From contig CAZDXI010000001.1 in NCBI GenBank assembly GCA_964509095.1, positions 1 to 53,447 on the forward strand: a DNA stretch of 53,447 nucleotides, written 5' to 3'. How positions within the stretch are numbered: position 1 is the first letter of the stretch; every line of letters starts with the position of its first letter. The stretch is from an uncultured Rhodobacterales bacterium. Its GTDB lineage: Bacteria; Pseudomonadota; Alphaproteobacteria; Rhodobacterales; Rhodobacteraceae. A model generated the notes under the pieces. It was not told the origin of the DNA, did no database searches, and saw only the letters and a program-made list of their open reading frames with translations. Positions 36,823 to 46,426 of the stretch are shown in pieces. The position numbers and the translations under genes are program-made.

Positions 36823-38055
36823 TCACTGCGTATCCACGCCGACCCGCAACTGGACTTCGAACACATCTCCCGGCAGCACCGCGTCATCGGGTCCCACCGG
36901 TAAAACGGAACTGCCGCCATCTGCGGTGGGTCGGCGTACCTGCATGTAAAGCTCCACGGGAACATCGACCGGCTGAACACCACTCAGTGCTGCCAAACCG
37001 ACCAGCATGCTTTCGCGCTTGGTGTCCAGTTCAATGCGGCGGCGCGTGTCCTGCAGTTGCCGCAGAACGTCATTCTCCCGGTCGTTGACCATCTGAAGCT
37101 GATCACGCTGGGTTTCCCCGATCCGCTGGCGGGCACGGAAAATCGCGGTGTTCAGATCCAGTTCCTCTGCGCTCAGGTCCAGCAGCGTACGTTCCGCGCT
37201 CAACACCCGGCTGGCTGGTACTGTGCCGCGTTCCACCAGAGTGCGCAGGTTTTCGGTTTGCTCCCGCGCACTTTCGATCTGGAGTCTCTGACCTTCAAGC
37301 TTGCCCTGCAAACCGGCCAATTCGGTCTCGTGCAGGGCAATCAGCGCTTCGTTGGATTGTGTACTGCGCACATAAGAGGCCAGCCGCGTTTCAAGGATGG
37401 ATCGCTCTTCCTGCTTGATAAGCTCCACGGCCTCCGGACCGTCTGGATGCGCTTGCAGATTGTGAAACGTGATTTCGGTTTGTTGTGTCAGTTCCGCTTC
37501 CAGCCGGGCCTCGCGCGCGCGCATGCGGACCAATTCCACCTGAACGCTCTGCAGGGAACTTATGTCGCGATAGATACTGGCCTCGTTTACGGAAGCATCG
37601 CGGGTGCGCAACGTGCCCCCCGCCAAGGCCAGCGCCTTGCTCGCGGTCAGCTGTGGGCGCCATGCATAGGCCCCGGGATTGTTCACATCACCGGCGATGT
37701 AAAACGGCCGGTAGGTCGAGATCTCCAGCGATACAACTGGCAACTGAAAGAGCCCCGCAGAGGTCTTCAGCGCTTCGGCGACGCTTTCGCTCAGGTCTTC
37801 GGGTGTGATCCCCACAGCCTGAATACGACCCACCACCGGCAGCGCAATGGCCCCGGAAACAGAGACTTTGTATTCCCCGGTGATGCCTTCCATGGGCACG
37901 TAAGAAGCACTGGCATCGTCCCAGGTCACCACCCGCAGGGAGACGACATCCTCTGGTCCCAGAAGGTAAGTCTGCGCCACAGCGGGCAGCGCACCCCAAA
38001 GCGCAAACATAAGCAGGCACGCCACCTGCAAGACTCTGTCGCACATGCGTGTCAT
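36823..38055 (-). CDS. exoF: Polysaccharide export protein, ExoF-like
   Basis: Signal peptide, YLLGPED, GAIALPVVG, YRPFYIAGDVNNPGAY, ALALAGG, coiled coil, C-terminal VLPGDV. Confidence 0.85.
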   Translation of the reverse strand: MTRMCDRVLQVACLLMFALWGALPAVAQTYLLGPEDVVSLRVVTWDDASASYVPMEGITGEYKVSVSGAIALPVVGRIQAVGITPEDLSESVAEALKTSAGLFQLPVVSLEISTYRPFYIAGDVNNPGAYAWRPQLTASKALALAGGTLRTRDASVNEASIYRDISSLQSVQVELVRMRAREARLEAELTQQTEITFHNLQAHPDGPEAVELIKQEERSILETRLASYVRSTQSNEALIALHETELAGLQGKLEGQRLQIESAREQTENLRTLVERGTVPASRVLSAERTLLDLSAEELDLNTAIFRARQRIGETQRDQLQMVNDRENDVLRQLQDTRRRIELDTKRESMLVGLAALSGVQPVDVPVELYMQVRRPTADGGSSVLPVGPDDAVLPGDVFEVQLRVGVDTQ

Positions 38056-40388
38056 GCAGAGGCCTTTCCGGTCTTTAGCACGTTCTCAAACCCGGCATAT
38101 TCGTATTTGCGTTCCATGCGGCGCTTCACCTGAGTCATGACCAAATAGACGTTCTCGGTATGGAGATCGCGCAACCGTTGAACGCAGGCTTCGATGGTTT
38201 GGCGTGGTGTTGCGTTCCAGCGTGATGCAACGACCACCGCTTCGGCATCGCGCATGAAGCTCAACGTGCCAGATGAAGACAGAACCGGAGGCGCATCAAT
38301 CACGATGTAGTCGTACGCCTCACCCAGCGTCTTCATCAGATTGGCTTTCCAGGCGTCCGTCAAAAGATCCGGGTCCATCCGGGTCGCGGCAGACAGGGAC
38401 AGTTTGTAAAACCCGGCACCTGTTTTTTTGATCTCGTCCAACGCAGGCAGTTCGGGCGAAGCTTTGGTTGAGACGATGAAGCTCGACGGCTTGCCCGTAG
38501 CGCTCACCAGCAGGACGGACTCTGCGCGCATTGCAAGTGCTTCAGCAAGCAAGAAGGCAACTGTTGAGCCCCCTTCCCCTGCGACGGCAGAAGTCACCAC
38601 GATGCTGCCATTTCGGCCTTCCAATATGTTGAGCAGGAACGAAGCAACGCCGTTGCTTTCCTGCGTCAACGGTGACTTGTCCCGCTTGCCGTTCGGTTTT
38701 GCCTGGTTCTCGCGCATTCGGGTGCGCAGCTGCCGTATCTTTCCGCCGCCAATCTGGGAGAAGCTGCCAATGACAGGCAGACCAGCCACCGCGCGCAATT
38801 GGCGCCCGGTTTTCACGTTGTTGTTCATGGCCTCAATCAGGATCGCAATGCCCAGACCAATGGCCAGTCCGGCAAGACCGGAGGCAGCCAGAATAAGCAA
38901 TGTTCTTGGTGAACTGGGTGAATTGGGCACCTCGGCATAGGACAACAGGCGCACGGTCGGCTGTTGCAAAGCCTTGTATTGGGCTGATTCCGTCGCGATG
39001 CTCAGGAATTCCTCATAGGCGATCCTGTTTGCATCCGCGATCCGCCGCAGCTTGCCAAGCTCCACCATGTTTCGGGTGCGTGACAGAACCGCCTCTTCGG
39101 ACTTCACCAGTTCTGTGTTGATGGACGCGGCGATGTTCTGTGCCACTTCCAACTGGGTTTCGTATTCAGCGATCAGCCGTGCCGTCTCGATCTCGATCTC
39201 TTGCGAGATGCGGTTGATCACAGCATCAATCGCAGACACCTGACTGGATTGAGCACCAAAGCGTTCCACCGCGCGGCTGCGTTCAATGCGCAGTTGGGAC
39301 AGCTCCGACCGCACGCTGACCAGAATCGGCGATGTCAGCACATCAGATGCGGCGATGGCCCCGTCACTCGACACGATTTCAATGACGTTTTCGTATTGCG
39401 CATAGGCCCTCACAACATCCGCCCGCGCTTCAATCAGACGTCGGTTCAGATCCTCGACCTGGCGGGACAGGCGATCCACGCTGAAGGCATTGACCCCCAT
39501 CTCGCGCTCCTGAAAATCCACGACCGCTGTTTCGGCCTCTTCCAGATTACGTCCCAACTCATCCACCCGGTCACTGAGAAGCTGAACCTGCTCCTCGATG
39601 GAATCCCCGCGAATATCGAGACTGAACCGTGTGTATTCTGTTGCCGCCGCATTCGCGACCAACGCTGCAATTTCAGGGTTGCCTGATTGCGCGGAAACGC
39701 CAATGACATAGCCATTGCCGCGTTGTGCAATCTGAATCATACCGCCAAGCCGATCGGCCGTGTCCCCGTATTGCAACAGATCCGCAGCCAGCGCCGTTGT
39801 CAGATCGCGCGATGTCCCATCGGAGGGCTCTGTCCCGGCGGTTTGTGTCGACGTGTCCTCTGTCTCGGCCGGGTTCTCTGCATCTGTTGATTGGGCTGGC
39901 TGGATCAGGCTCGAAACGAATCTCTTGGCACTGCGCAACAGCCGGACTGGCAGGATGGCAGGCTGCGGGGGTTCGATGAAAGGCGCGTCGCTTTCGGTCT
40001 CAAGTCGTTTGACGACCTCGATCATGAACGCCTTGGAACTCATGGTCGTGATTTCCTGCTGAACCAGTTGGCGGCTCAGCGGGACGCCTGTCAGCAAGTC
40101 GGCAATCGGTGTGCTTTGTTGCCGCTGGTCAATCAGCGTCAGTTCCGCAGTGGCAGAGTAACGCGGCTTCACCGTCGTCAGCATGGCGCCTGTCAACAAA
40201 AAGACCGTCCCTGCGATGAGCCCGATCAGGAACCAACGGCGCTTCAGGAACAGCACCACATCCGTAAGACTGATCACGGATTGCCGCGGCGTGGCATCCA
40301 ACGGATCCTCGACCATCAGGTCAAACATGCCGGGTTGTCTGTTCACAATTCCGCTCCACACAATCGAACGTCGGCTTTGGCCATACAA
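38052..40388 (-). CDS. exoP: Polysaccharide co-polymerase ExoP/Wzc (GumC) with degenerate kinase domain
   Basis: Two TMs flanking a coiled coil (PRYSATAEL; AEVPNSPSSPR); C-terminal BY-kinase-like domain with YDYIVIDAPP. Start 40388 (TTG) or 40328. Confidence 0.88.
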   Translation of the reverse strand: MYGQSRRSIVWSGIVNRQPGMFDLMVEDPLDATPRQSVISLTDVVLFLKRRWFLIGLIAGTVFLLTGAMLTTVKPRYSATAELTLIDQRQQSTPIADLLTGVPLSRQLVQQEITTMSSKAFMIEVVKRLETESDAPFIEPPQPAILPVRLLRSAKRFVSSLIQPAQSTDAENPAETEDTSTQTAGTEPSDGTSRDLTTALAADLLQYGDTADRLGGMIQIAQRGNGYVIGVSAQSGNPEIAALVANAAATEYTRFSLDIRGDSIEEQVQLLSDRVDELGRNLEEAETAVVDFQEREMGVNAFSVDRLSRQVEDLNRRLIEARADVVRAYAQYENVIEIVSSDGAIAASDVLTSPILVSVRSELSQLRIERSRAVERFGAQSSQVSAIDAVINRISQEIEIETARLIAEYETQLEVAQNIAASINTELVKSEEAVLSRTRNMVELGKLRRIADANRIAYEEFLSIATESAQYKALQQPTVRLLSYAEVPNSPSSPRTLLILAASGLAGLAIGLGIAILIEAMNNNVKTGRQLRAVAGLPVIGSFSQIGGGKIRQLRTRMRENQAKPNGKRDKSPLTQESNGVASFLLNILEGRNGSIVVTSAVAGEGGSTVAFLLAEALAMRAESVLLVSATGKPSSFIVSTKASPELPALDEIKKTGAGFYKLSLSAATRMDPDLLTDAWKANLMKTLGEAYDYIVIDAPPVLSSSGTLSFMRDAEAVVVASRWNATPRQTIEACVQRLRDLHTENVYLVMTQVKRRMERKYEYAGFENVLKTGKASA

Positions 40389-40459
40389 CTTGGCACCATG
40401 GCATGAATCCAGCCGTAATATACTCTATTATCGTTGAACATAGTCACTTTGCAGCCGAT

Positions 40460-41476
40460 TTAACACTGCATTCCTGTCCAGACGGTCGACAAATCCCGGT
40501 CCAGAAGCTTTGACAGGCCCGCATTTCGCGCCGATAGGTGCTGCTGCAGATAGGCTTTCGTGTCCTCACGCATCTCCGGCGGGCGGTCCGCTGTGAGAAT
40601 GCGGGAATTGACGTGCCTGAACCACCTGTAGTGCAGCTTCTTGTGCAGTTTTACCCAACCATCGCGGCTGCCATCCTTGGCCATATGCTGGCGGTATTTC
40701 TTGCGGACCAGATAGTTGCCCACCACATTGGACAGTCGCTGGATGTTCAGGTTTCCCGGGTATTTCGTCCGATTAAACCACGCCTTATCCGGATCGATCT
40801 GCATGGGCTTTGCCCCGATGAAGGCTGTGACGTCATCCACACAAGCCTGATTGTCCGCCCGGAAGTCTTCAAACAGGCAGACCTTGATCTGTTCGGGGCC
40901 GAACGTGTCCTGAAACCGCCGCAGACCCGCTAAGTAGCTGGAACCCAACAGGATATTCGGATAGTGCAGGATCGCCTGTTCGAACGTCTTCGTTGTGCGC
41001 CCGGTTTTGACCAGATGCCAGTACTGCGAATAGGCCCGCGACACCGGGTGGCGCAACATAAAGATCAGGCGCACATCCGGGATCAGGGCATGAATACGCG
41101 CCGGGGCCAGCTCTGACATCAAATAGGTGGTGGAATCTTCGCCCAGCAGCGCCGCAGACCCGCCTTCGGCAAACCGTTCTGCATACCAGTCGAGATTTTG
41201 CGTCTGGCTGGGGCGCGGATCAGGCCAGACCAGCGTATCCCCGTGCACATGCAGGAAATCGGGATGCGTGATCGGATCATCGGCATCAAAGAAGTGCACC
41301 TCATCGACGGGCAACGAGATATCGGCATGCTGATCCAGAATGAAATGCAAAGAGGTCGTCCCGCATTTGGGCGCACCTCCGATGATGAAATCAGGATACC
41401 GGCGCGACCCCGGTGCATTTGCCTGCGCAGACAGGCCACCTTCGCGAAAATCAGATTGATCCAAAACAAGCTCCAA
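40460..41476 (-). CDS. Sulfotransferase (Sulfotransfer_1; heparan-sulfate sulfotransferase-like motifs)
   Basis: PDFIIGGAPKCGTTSL, EVHFFD, LIFMLRHPVSRAYSQY. Confidence 0.9.
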   Translation of the reverse strand: MELVLDQSDFREGGLSAQANAPGSRRYPDFIIGGAPKCGTTSLHFILDQHADISLPVDEVHFFDADDPITHPDFLHVHGDTLVWPDPRPSQTQNLDWYAERFAEGGSAALLGEDSTTYLMSELAPARIHALIPDVRLIFMLRHPVSRAYSQYWHLVKTGRTTKTFEQAILHYPNILLGSSYLAGLRRFQDTFGPEQIKVCLFEDFRADNQACVDDVTAFIGAKPMQIDPDKAWFNRTKYPGNLNIQRLSNVVGNYLVRKKYRQHMAKDGSRDGWVKLHKKLHYRWFRHVNSRILTADRPPEMREDTKAYLQQHLSARNAGLSKLLDRDLSTVWTGMQC

Positions 41477-41752
41477 TCACAAAATCCGGTCGTCGGGGCA
41501 TACGCCTCCAGATCTCGTCCGGCATCACACTAAGAACATTCATAAAATCTGGAACTTTATACGACATTCTGCCTGTTGGGACAACCATATCGACGGCACA
41601 GGCCTGACAAAACTGACGCGCTCGGATCCAACAGATGCACAAAGCGGCCTTCGCGCAATGTTCGCGCCCCCGAGGTCAATCCGAAGTGGACAAACGCTGG
41701 CCAGATACGGATAGTCCGGGGTGCAAATACATTTGTTTAAACAGGTTTTAGA

Positions 41753-42940
41753 GTGACCCAGATTTCCGCGATCGTTCCGACGTTCAACCGAAAAGCTTAT
41801 CTGCTTCAGGCGCTGGAGTCGCTGCACGCCCAGACTCGCCCGGTGCACGAGATTATCGTGTGGGACGACGGGTCAACCGATGGCACCGAGGACACCATCC
41901 GCCCCCTTGTCGGGCCCGGTCTCATCTATCACCGCGCCGAGAACGCCGGAAAGTCCGCAGCGCTGAACAAGGCTATGACGTTGGCCAGCGGTGATTACAT
42001 CTGGATCTGTGACGATGATGACCTTGCCGTGCCGGACGCAGCCGAGCGTCTGGCGGAGGTTCTGGACCGGGACCCGACAGTCGGTGTGTCGGGCGGAGGT
42101 TATCACCGTTTTCGCGACACCGAAGCCGGGCATGATCTGTCCGGTCCGGGATATTGGCCTGATTTGAGCTCTGGCAGCCCAATGCGCCATCTTCTGGAAG
42201 ACATCTTCCTGTTTCAGAACGCTACTCTGGTGCGGCGCAAGTGTTATGATCAGGTGGGTCCGTTCCGCGAAGACCTCGCCCGCTCAATTGACTACGACAT
42301 GATCGCCCGGCTCGCGACGCGTTTTCCCGTGCATATGAGCGACGAGGTCGTCTTTTTGCAGCGCAAGCATGACGGCGACCGGGGTCCGGCCCATCAGCGA
42401 CACGCGGCGTCCAGCGTCGACAGTGTCTGGGCCGCGCAGGATCGGGTTGTCTTTGAAGGATTACGCACGCACATCCCGATCTCCCTGATGGCGGCGATGT
42501 ATGACGGCACATCCGAGGAAACGCAGCGCGCCGCTCACATCCAGCGCGCCTGTATCTTTGCCCGCCATGGTCTGTGGACTGATGCCTGTGACGATCTGGA
42601 CGCCGCAGCACATCTTGCAACTGACCTTGCGCTGGGCCCGGTCGAGACCGGGGCGTGCCGCAGGGCTGTCTCTGGCAAACATGGTGTAGGGTTGTCTGCA
42701 GATGATCTGCGCCGCCTGTCGGAACTCAAACGGGTGTCCCCTGTTGGGCGTCAGATCGTCCGCAGTCTGGGGCGGGGTCTTCTGTGGTCGCTGCGTCAGG
42801 GTGTGTCCGGCGGCGACGTGCGCCTTGTGACCCGGCTGGGTCGTATTCTGATGACAACAGGTGTTCAGAACACGGCGCGCGATGGCACGTCGCAAGTGCA
42901 GGAACGTCAGACCCTGCCTTTGTCGGCCTACGACTGGTGA
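41753..42940 (+). CDS. Glycosyltransferase family 2
   Basis: ISAIVPTFNR, WDDGSTD, NAGKSAALN, ICDDDD, SIDYD. Confidence 0.88.
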   Translation: MTQISAIVPTFNRKAYLLQALESLHAQTRPVHEIIVWDDGSTDGTEDTIRPLVGPGLIYHRAENAGKSAALNKAMTLASGDYIWICDDDDLAVPDAAERLAEVLDRDPTVGVSGGGYHRFRDTEAGHDLSGPGYWPDLSSGSPMRHLLEDIFLFQNATLVRRKCYDQVGPFREDLARSIDYDMIARLATRFPVHMSDEVVFLQRKHDGDRGPAHQRHAASSVDSVWAAQDRVVFEGLRTHIPISLMAAMYDGTSEETQRAAHIQRACIFARHGLWTDACDDLDAAAHLATDLALGPVETGACRRAVSGKHGVGLSADDLRRLSELKRVSPVGRQIVRSLGRGLLWSLRQGVSGGDVRLVTRLGRILMTTGVQNTARDGTSQVQERQTLPLSAYDW

Positions 42941-43923
42941 CGCCCCCCGGTCACGACCCTGCGGGAGCGCAGATATACCTGACCCAGCAGCTTGCCTGCC
43001 AAAGACAGCACCACGCTGGGTGGCGCCACAAACGCCCCGATCATGGAAGAGATGTCGCGCGCCTTGACCGCATCGATCAGGCGCCGCCAAGCCCATTCCT
43101 TGTGCACATCAATCCGATGCGCGCGCAGGGCAACCTTGTCCTGTGCCGACAGGTTCGGGTGGCGTGCCAGTGCCAGATCCGCAGTCACAATCGCCCCCAG
43201 ATCAGCCGTACTATGTTGCGAACTGAGAGAGTCCCCGCGATACACCGCGAAATAGCCTCTTGGATCGACCAGACGAAAGGCCGCCCCGGCGGCTAGTGCT
43301 TCGGCATACAGCAGATAATCCTCGGCCAGCCGCAGATCGGGATCATAGGACAGCCCGGACTCTTCCAGAAACTGCCGCCGCATCAGCGGTTTTACGAACC
43401 CCAGTTCGCCACGTCCTCCGTACCGATCTCGTCGGTTTCCTGTCACGAAGGCATCGAAGGTGACGTCCATCCGACCAAAATCAGTGGCGCTCCACAAACG
43501 GTGATCCGTGGCGTGCAGATCCGTGTCGCGAACCCGGTACAAATCATCCGCCAGCAGATCGAGCCCATCGGCCTCGGCTTCTTCTACAAGCCGTGCAATG
43601 CGGTCCGGGGCCATGTGATCATCTGCATCCAGCACGGCGATCCATGGGGTTGAGCTTTCCGCGATCCCACGATTGCGCGCCGCCGCCGGACCGCCATTTT
43701 TTGGCTGCCGAAACACGCGAACCGCCGGGTCCTGCTGGCTGAACTCTTCGGCCAGCGCATGGGTGCCATCATCCGAACAATCATCCACAACGATGATCTC
43801 GACCGGGACTGTCTGGGCCTGAGCAGACCGGATGGCCCGTGCCAGCGTATCCGACGCGCGATAGGCCGCGATCACAATGGCCGCAACCGGTTCAGGCGCC
43901 TTAGACCCGTGCGCCGCATCCAT
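42928..43923 (-). CDS. exoU: GT2 glucosyltransferase, ExoU-like
   Basis: IVIAAYRA, GGPAAARN, VLDADD, RGELGFVKPL, LRLAEDY, SLSSQHSTADL. Confidence 0.78.
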   Translation of the reverse strand: MDAAHGSKAPEPVAAIVIAAYRASDTLARAIRSAQAQTVPVEIIVVDDCSDDGTHALAEEFSQQDPAVRVFRQPKNGGPAAARNRGIAESSTPWIAVLDADDHMAPDRIARLVEEAEADGLDLLADDLYRVRDTDLHATDHRLWSATDFGRMDVTFDAFVTGNRRDRYGGRGELGFVKPLMRRQFLEESGLSYDPDLRLAEDYLLYAEALAAGAAFRLVDPRGYFAVYRGDSLSSQHSTADLGAIVTADLALARHPNLSAQDKVALRAHRIDVHKEWAWRRLIDAVKARDISSMIGAFVAPPSVVLSLAGKLLGQVYLRSRRVVTGGRHQS

Positions 43924-43926
43924 CGC

Positions 43927-44673
43927 TTACAGGCTCATCTTCTTGAAGATGCGTTCCGGGATGGCACAGATAATCCGCATCACCAGCCACCAGATCGGCT
44001 TCACATAGATCACGTTGCGCCCAGTCTCGACGCCCTTGAAAATCGCGTCTGCCACCTGTTCAGGTTCAGCCGTCAGGCGTTTGGGCAGGTCCATGCCTTC
44101 GGTCATGCGCGTTGCGACAAACCCGGGTTTCACGGTCAAAACATGCACATTCCGGCTGGCCAGCCGATTGCGCAGACCCGACAGGAACGCCGTGAACCCC
44201 GCCTTGGCAGAGCCATAGACATAGTTCGTGGCCCGGCCCCGGTCTCCGGCAACCGAACTTACCCCGACAAGGGCGCCCTGCCCGGCTTCGGCCATCTGGT
44301 TGGCAAACAATCCCAGAATCAGCGCGGGTCCTTCGTAGTTGGACCGCATGACCAGAGCAGCGGCGGCCGGGTCCTGTTCACTTCCGTCCTGCTCGCCCAT
44401 TGCGCCCACGACACAGACAACGACCGAAGGGGCGGGATCCAGACCAGCCACAAAATCGGCCATCGCGCCCGTGTCCAGAACATCAAACTCCGCCAGATCG
44501 ACAGAGACCTCATGGCGCAAGGCGATGTCCGCGCGATCCGGTTCCAGATCCGCAACCGACCGCGCCGCAAGCACGACGGATGCACCCGCCTTGGCAAATC
44601 GGCGGGCAATGGCCTGCCCGATATCTGATCGACCTCCCAGGATCAAAACAGTGTCAGATGAGGAGATCGTCAT
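43927..44673 (-). CDS. dprE2: SDR oxidoreductase, DprE2-like (polyprenylphosphoryl-2-keto-pentose reductase)
   Basis: LILGGRSDIG, SSVAGDRGRATNYVYGSAKAG, VKPGFVATRMT; directly downstream of the DprE1-like gene. Confidence 0.82.
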   Translation of the reverse strand: MTISSSDTVLILGGRSDIGQAIARRFAKAGASVVLAARSVADLEPDRADIALRHEVSVDLAEFDVLDTGAMADFVAGLDPAPSVVVCVVGAMGEQDGSEQDPAAAALVMRSNYEGPALILGLFANQMAEAGQGALVGVSSVAGDRGRATNYVYGSAKAGFTAFLSGLRNRLASRNVHVLTVKPGFVATRMTEGMDLPKRLTAEPEQVADAIFKGVETGRNVIYVKPIWWLVMRIICAIPERIFKKMSL

Positions 44674-46013
44674 AAGCGCAGTCTTTCGGATTGTGAGGAA
44701 GCAAAGGTCTGATCAAGGCTTTTGTCACGACGCATCTGTGCGAAATCGCCTGCGCGCGGGTCTGCCTTGTGCAAAGTCGTGGCTGCCAGTCTTGCGTCCT
44801 TGGCAAGGTAAAACCGCCCGCCATGTGCCACCGTGATGGCATCCAGACGGTCCAGCAACGCCAGAGTTTGTGCATTGGCCGGGAAGTCCAGCGCCAGCGT
44901 GTAGCCTTCCATGGGAAAGGAAAACCGGCTGTCCTGCGCGCCAAAACGCTTGAGCACCGCAAGGAAAGACCCTTGCCCAGCCTCTGAGGTCGCGTTCAGC
45001 AAGTCTGTCAGCCCCGCTTTGGACTGTGCCAGCGGCAGCACACACTGAAACTGAAGAAAACCGCGGCGCCCATAGATCCGGTTCCAGCCCAGGATCGCAT
45101 CCAGCGGATAAAAATACCGATCCCAATCCACGAGCGACTCTCCCGCGCTGCGCACGCCTTTGCGCCAGTAAAGGGCGTTGAAGGCCTTGACCGTCAGGCG
45201 GTTCAGCGCCAGCGCCGGGAAATCGATGGGGATGGTTTTCTTGCCGGGGCGCGGTGCCTGTAACGGGGTTGCGCGGTGTTCGGATGGCAGATCATCGGCG
45301 CGCGCATGTTCGCCCAGCATGATCAATGACCGCCCCAGATCAGCGCCCCCTGCCAGACAATCGATCCAAGCTACGGAATAGGTTGCGTCTTGTGCGGCTT
45401 CGAAGGCAGCCATTGCGGCATCCAGATTGGGGGCGACAACGGTCTCTTGCCGGATCCAAGCGCTTTCAACCGGGCGCAGTCGAAGCGCGGCACGCAGGAT
45501 CACCCCGGTCAGCCCCATGCCGCCGACGGTCCAGCCGAACAACTCCGGGGTTTCGGACGGGCTGACGCGCGTCACCTGCCCATCCGTACCCATCAGGTCT
45601 ATCCAGTCCACAAAACTGCCAAAGGAGCCATCCACGTGATGGTTCTTGCCATGCACATCTGCCGCAATCGCCCCTCCGAGGGAGACGAATTTCGTGCCCG
45701 GTGTCACATAGGGAAACCAGCCGCGCGGCAGGAACGTATCGATAATGTCTCCCAGCAGCACGCCGGCTTCGGCGACCAATTGACCGGTTTCAGCATCAAA
45801 AGACAGGAAGCGGTTGAAGGCCCGCATGTCCAGCGTCAGAGCCGCGCCCATGGCGCTGTCCCCGTAGGCGCGCCCATTCCCTCGGGCTACGATGCCTCCG
45901 GTTGGCATGTTGGTCTGCACATGGCGCCGGATGTCCGCTTCGCTGCGGGGGGCTCCCAGTGGTCCCGGACGCCGGGGATAGCGTCCCCAACCAGTCAGTT
46001 CGGTACTGTGCAT
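44670..46013 (-). CDS. dprE1: FAD-binding oxidoreductase, DprE1-like (polyprenylphosphoryl-ribose 2'-oxidase)
   Basis: LTGWGR, ARGNGRAYGDSA, PGTKFVSLGGAIAADVHGKNHH, YSVAWID, WNRIYG, FLQFQ, GGRFYLAKD. ATG 46013 overlaps the GtrA stop. Confidence 0.85.
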   Translation of the reverse strand: MHSTELTGWGRYPRRPGPLGAPRSEADIRRHVQTNMPTGGIVARGNGRAYGDSAMGAALTLDMRAFNRFLSFDAETGQLVAEAGVLLGDIIDTFLPRGWFPYVTPGTKFVSLGGAIAADVHGKNHHVDGSFGSFVDWIDLMGTDGQVTRVSPSETPELFGWTVGGMGLTGVILRAALRLRPVESAWIRQETVVAPNLDAAMAAFEAAQDATYSVAWIDCLAGGADLGRSLIMLGEHARADDLPSEHRATPLQAPRPGKKTIPIDFPALALNRLTVKAFNALYWRKGVRSAGESLVDWDRYFYPLDAILGWNRIYGRRGFLQFQCVLPLAQSKAGLTDLLNATSEAGQGSFLAVLKRFGAQDSRFSFPMEGYTLALDFPANAQTLALLDRLDAITVAHGGRFYLAKDARLAATTLHKADPRAGDFAQMRRDKSLDQTFASSQSERLRL

Positions 46014-46426
46014 CAGGCGGCCTTTGCGGTGACGGCATCTGTAAAGACATAGCGACGGTCCAACTGGTACTTGACCGTATAGCCCACGGCCAGCCCCAGA
46101 ACGGCCCCCAGTTCGCGCATGGCATCCGTGCCCCAGACGATCCAAAACGCGGTCTCTGTCACCCAGAAGATCAACGTGGTCACAACGCCCATGAGCGAAT
46201 AGAGAAAGAACTTCCGACTGTGTTGCGCGACCCCTGTGCTGTGGTCTTCAAAGATCCAGCGCTTGTCCAGAATGTACTTCAGCACCAAGCCGACCGCTGT
46301 GCCCATCACCACGGCTATCGCAAAGCCGATGGCCTCACTGTTGATCGCAAGGACCAGCCTTTGCATGGCCAGATTGGCAATTGTTGCCAGAACGGCAAAC
46401 AGAACATAGCGGGTCAATCGGGTCAC
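46013..46426 (-). CDS. GtrA family membrane protein (putative lipid-linked sugar translocase)
   Basis: 137 aa, 4 TMs, KYILDKRWIF and KYQLDRRYVF repeats. Confidence 0.88.
   Translation of the reverse strand: MTRLTRYVLFAVLATIANLAMQRLVLAINSEAIGFAIAVVMGTAVGLVLKYILDKRWIFEDHSTGVAQHSRKFFLYSLMGVVTTLIFWVTETAFWIVWGTDAMRELGAVLGLAVGYTVKYQLDRRYVFTDAVTAKAA

Noticed and set aside
46014-46145. N-terminal extension of the DprE1-like ORF to 46145
   Set aside because: It overlaps GtrA. ATG 46013 gives stop-start coupling and the expected LTGWGR start.
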